The translations under genes were made by a program, and so were the position numbers. DNA of 64,000 bases from Mobula hypostoma (Eukaryota): positions 233,122,001 through 233,186,000 of the forward strand of contig NC_086097.1 of the NCBI RefSeq assembly GCF_963921235.1, in the 5' to 3' direction. Shown here piece by piece: positions 63,934-64,000 of the stretch (the stretch's first letter is position 1; the number at the start of each line of letters is the position of its first letter). The notes below the pieces were generated by a model that worked only from the letters and a program-made list of their open reading frames with translations, had not been told where the DNA came from and did no database searches.

Positions 63934-64000
63934 TAATAACAGTCACTTCGTTCTCCTTCACACTTGTATACTGAAGAATGACAGTGAACTAACTTGAATC

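Overview
Repeat-saturated, non-coding vertebrate DNA. It is most consistent with a cartilaginous fish, judged from the repeat content: abundant CR1 LINEs, V-SINEs, a Deu-SINE, Rex/Babar, RTE and Penelope-like elements. I found no host protein-coding exon, rRNA or tRNA gene; every long ORF is transposon-derived or antisense to one. Highlights: (1) a 564-bp RTE-type non-autonomous retroposon (52528-53091, minus) whose 5' end folds into a complete HDV-like ribozyme, with the element boundary at the predicted cleavage site, an unusual hairpin inserted in L3, and a diverged copy with a covarying P4 at 8.3-8.7 kb; (2) Penelope-type termini carrying minimal hammerhead ribozymes, including a perfect 83-bp-arm palindromic insertion; (3) two RTE copies with reciprocally swapped target-site duplications (TSDs), as expected if a circular DNA recombined into the locus; (4) a Gypsy provirus whose 3' half is inverted; and (5) multi-level nesting of young CR1 copies in older CR1. 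Family names come from motif recognition, not database searches. Boundaries of degenerate fragments are approximate.
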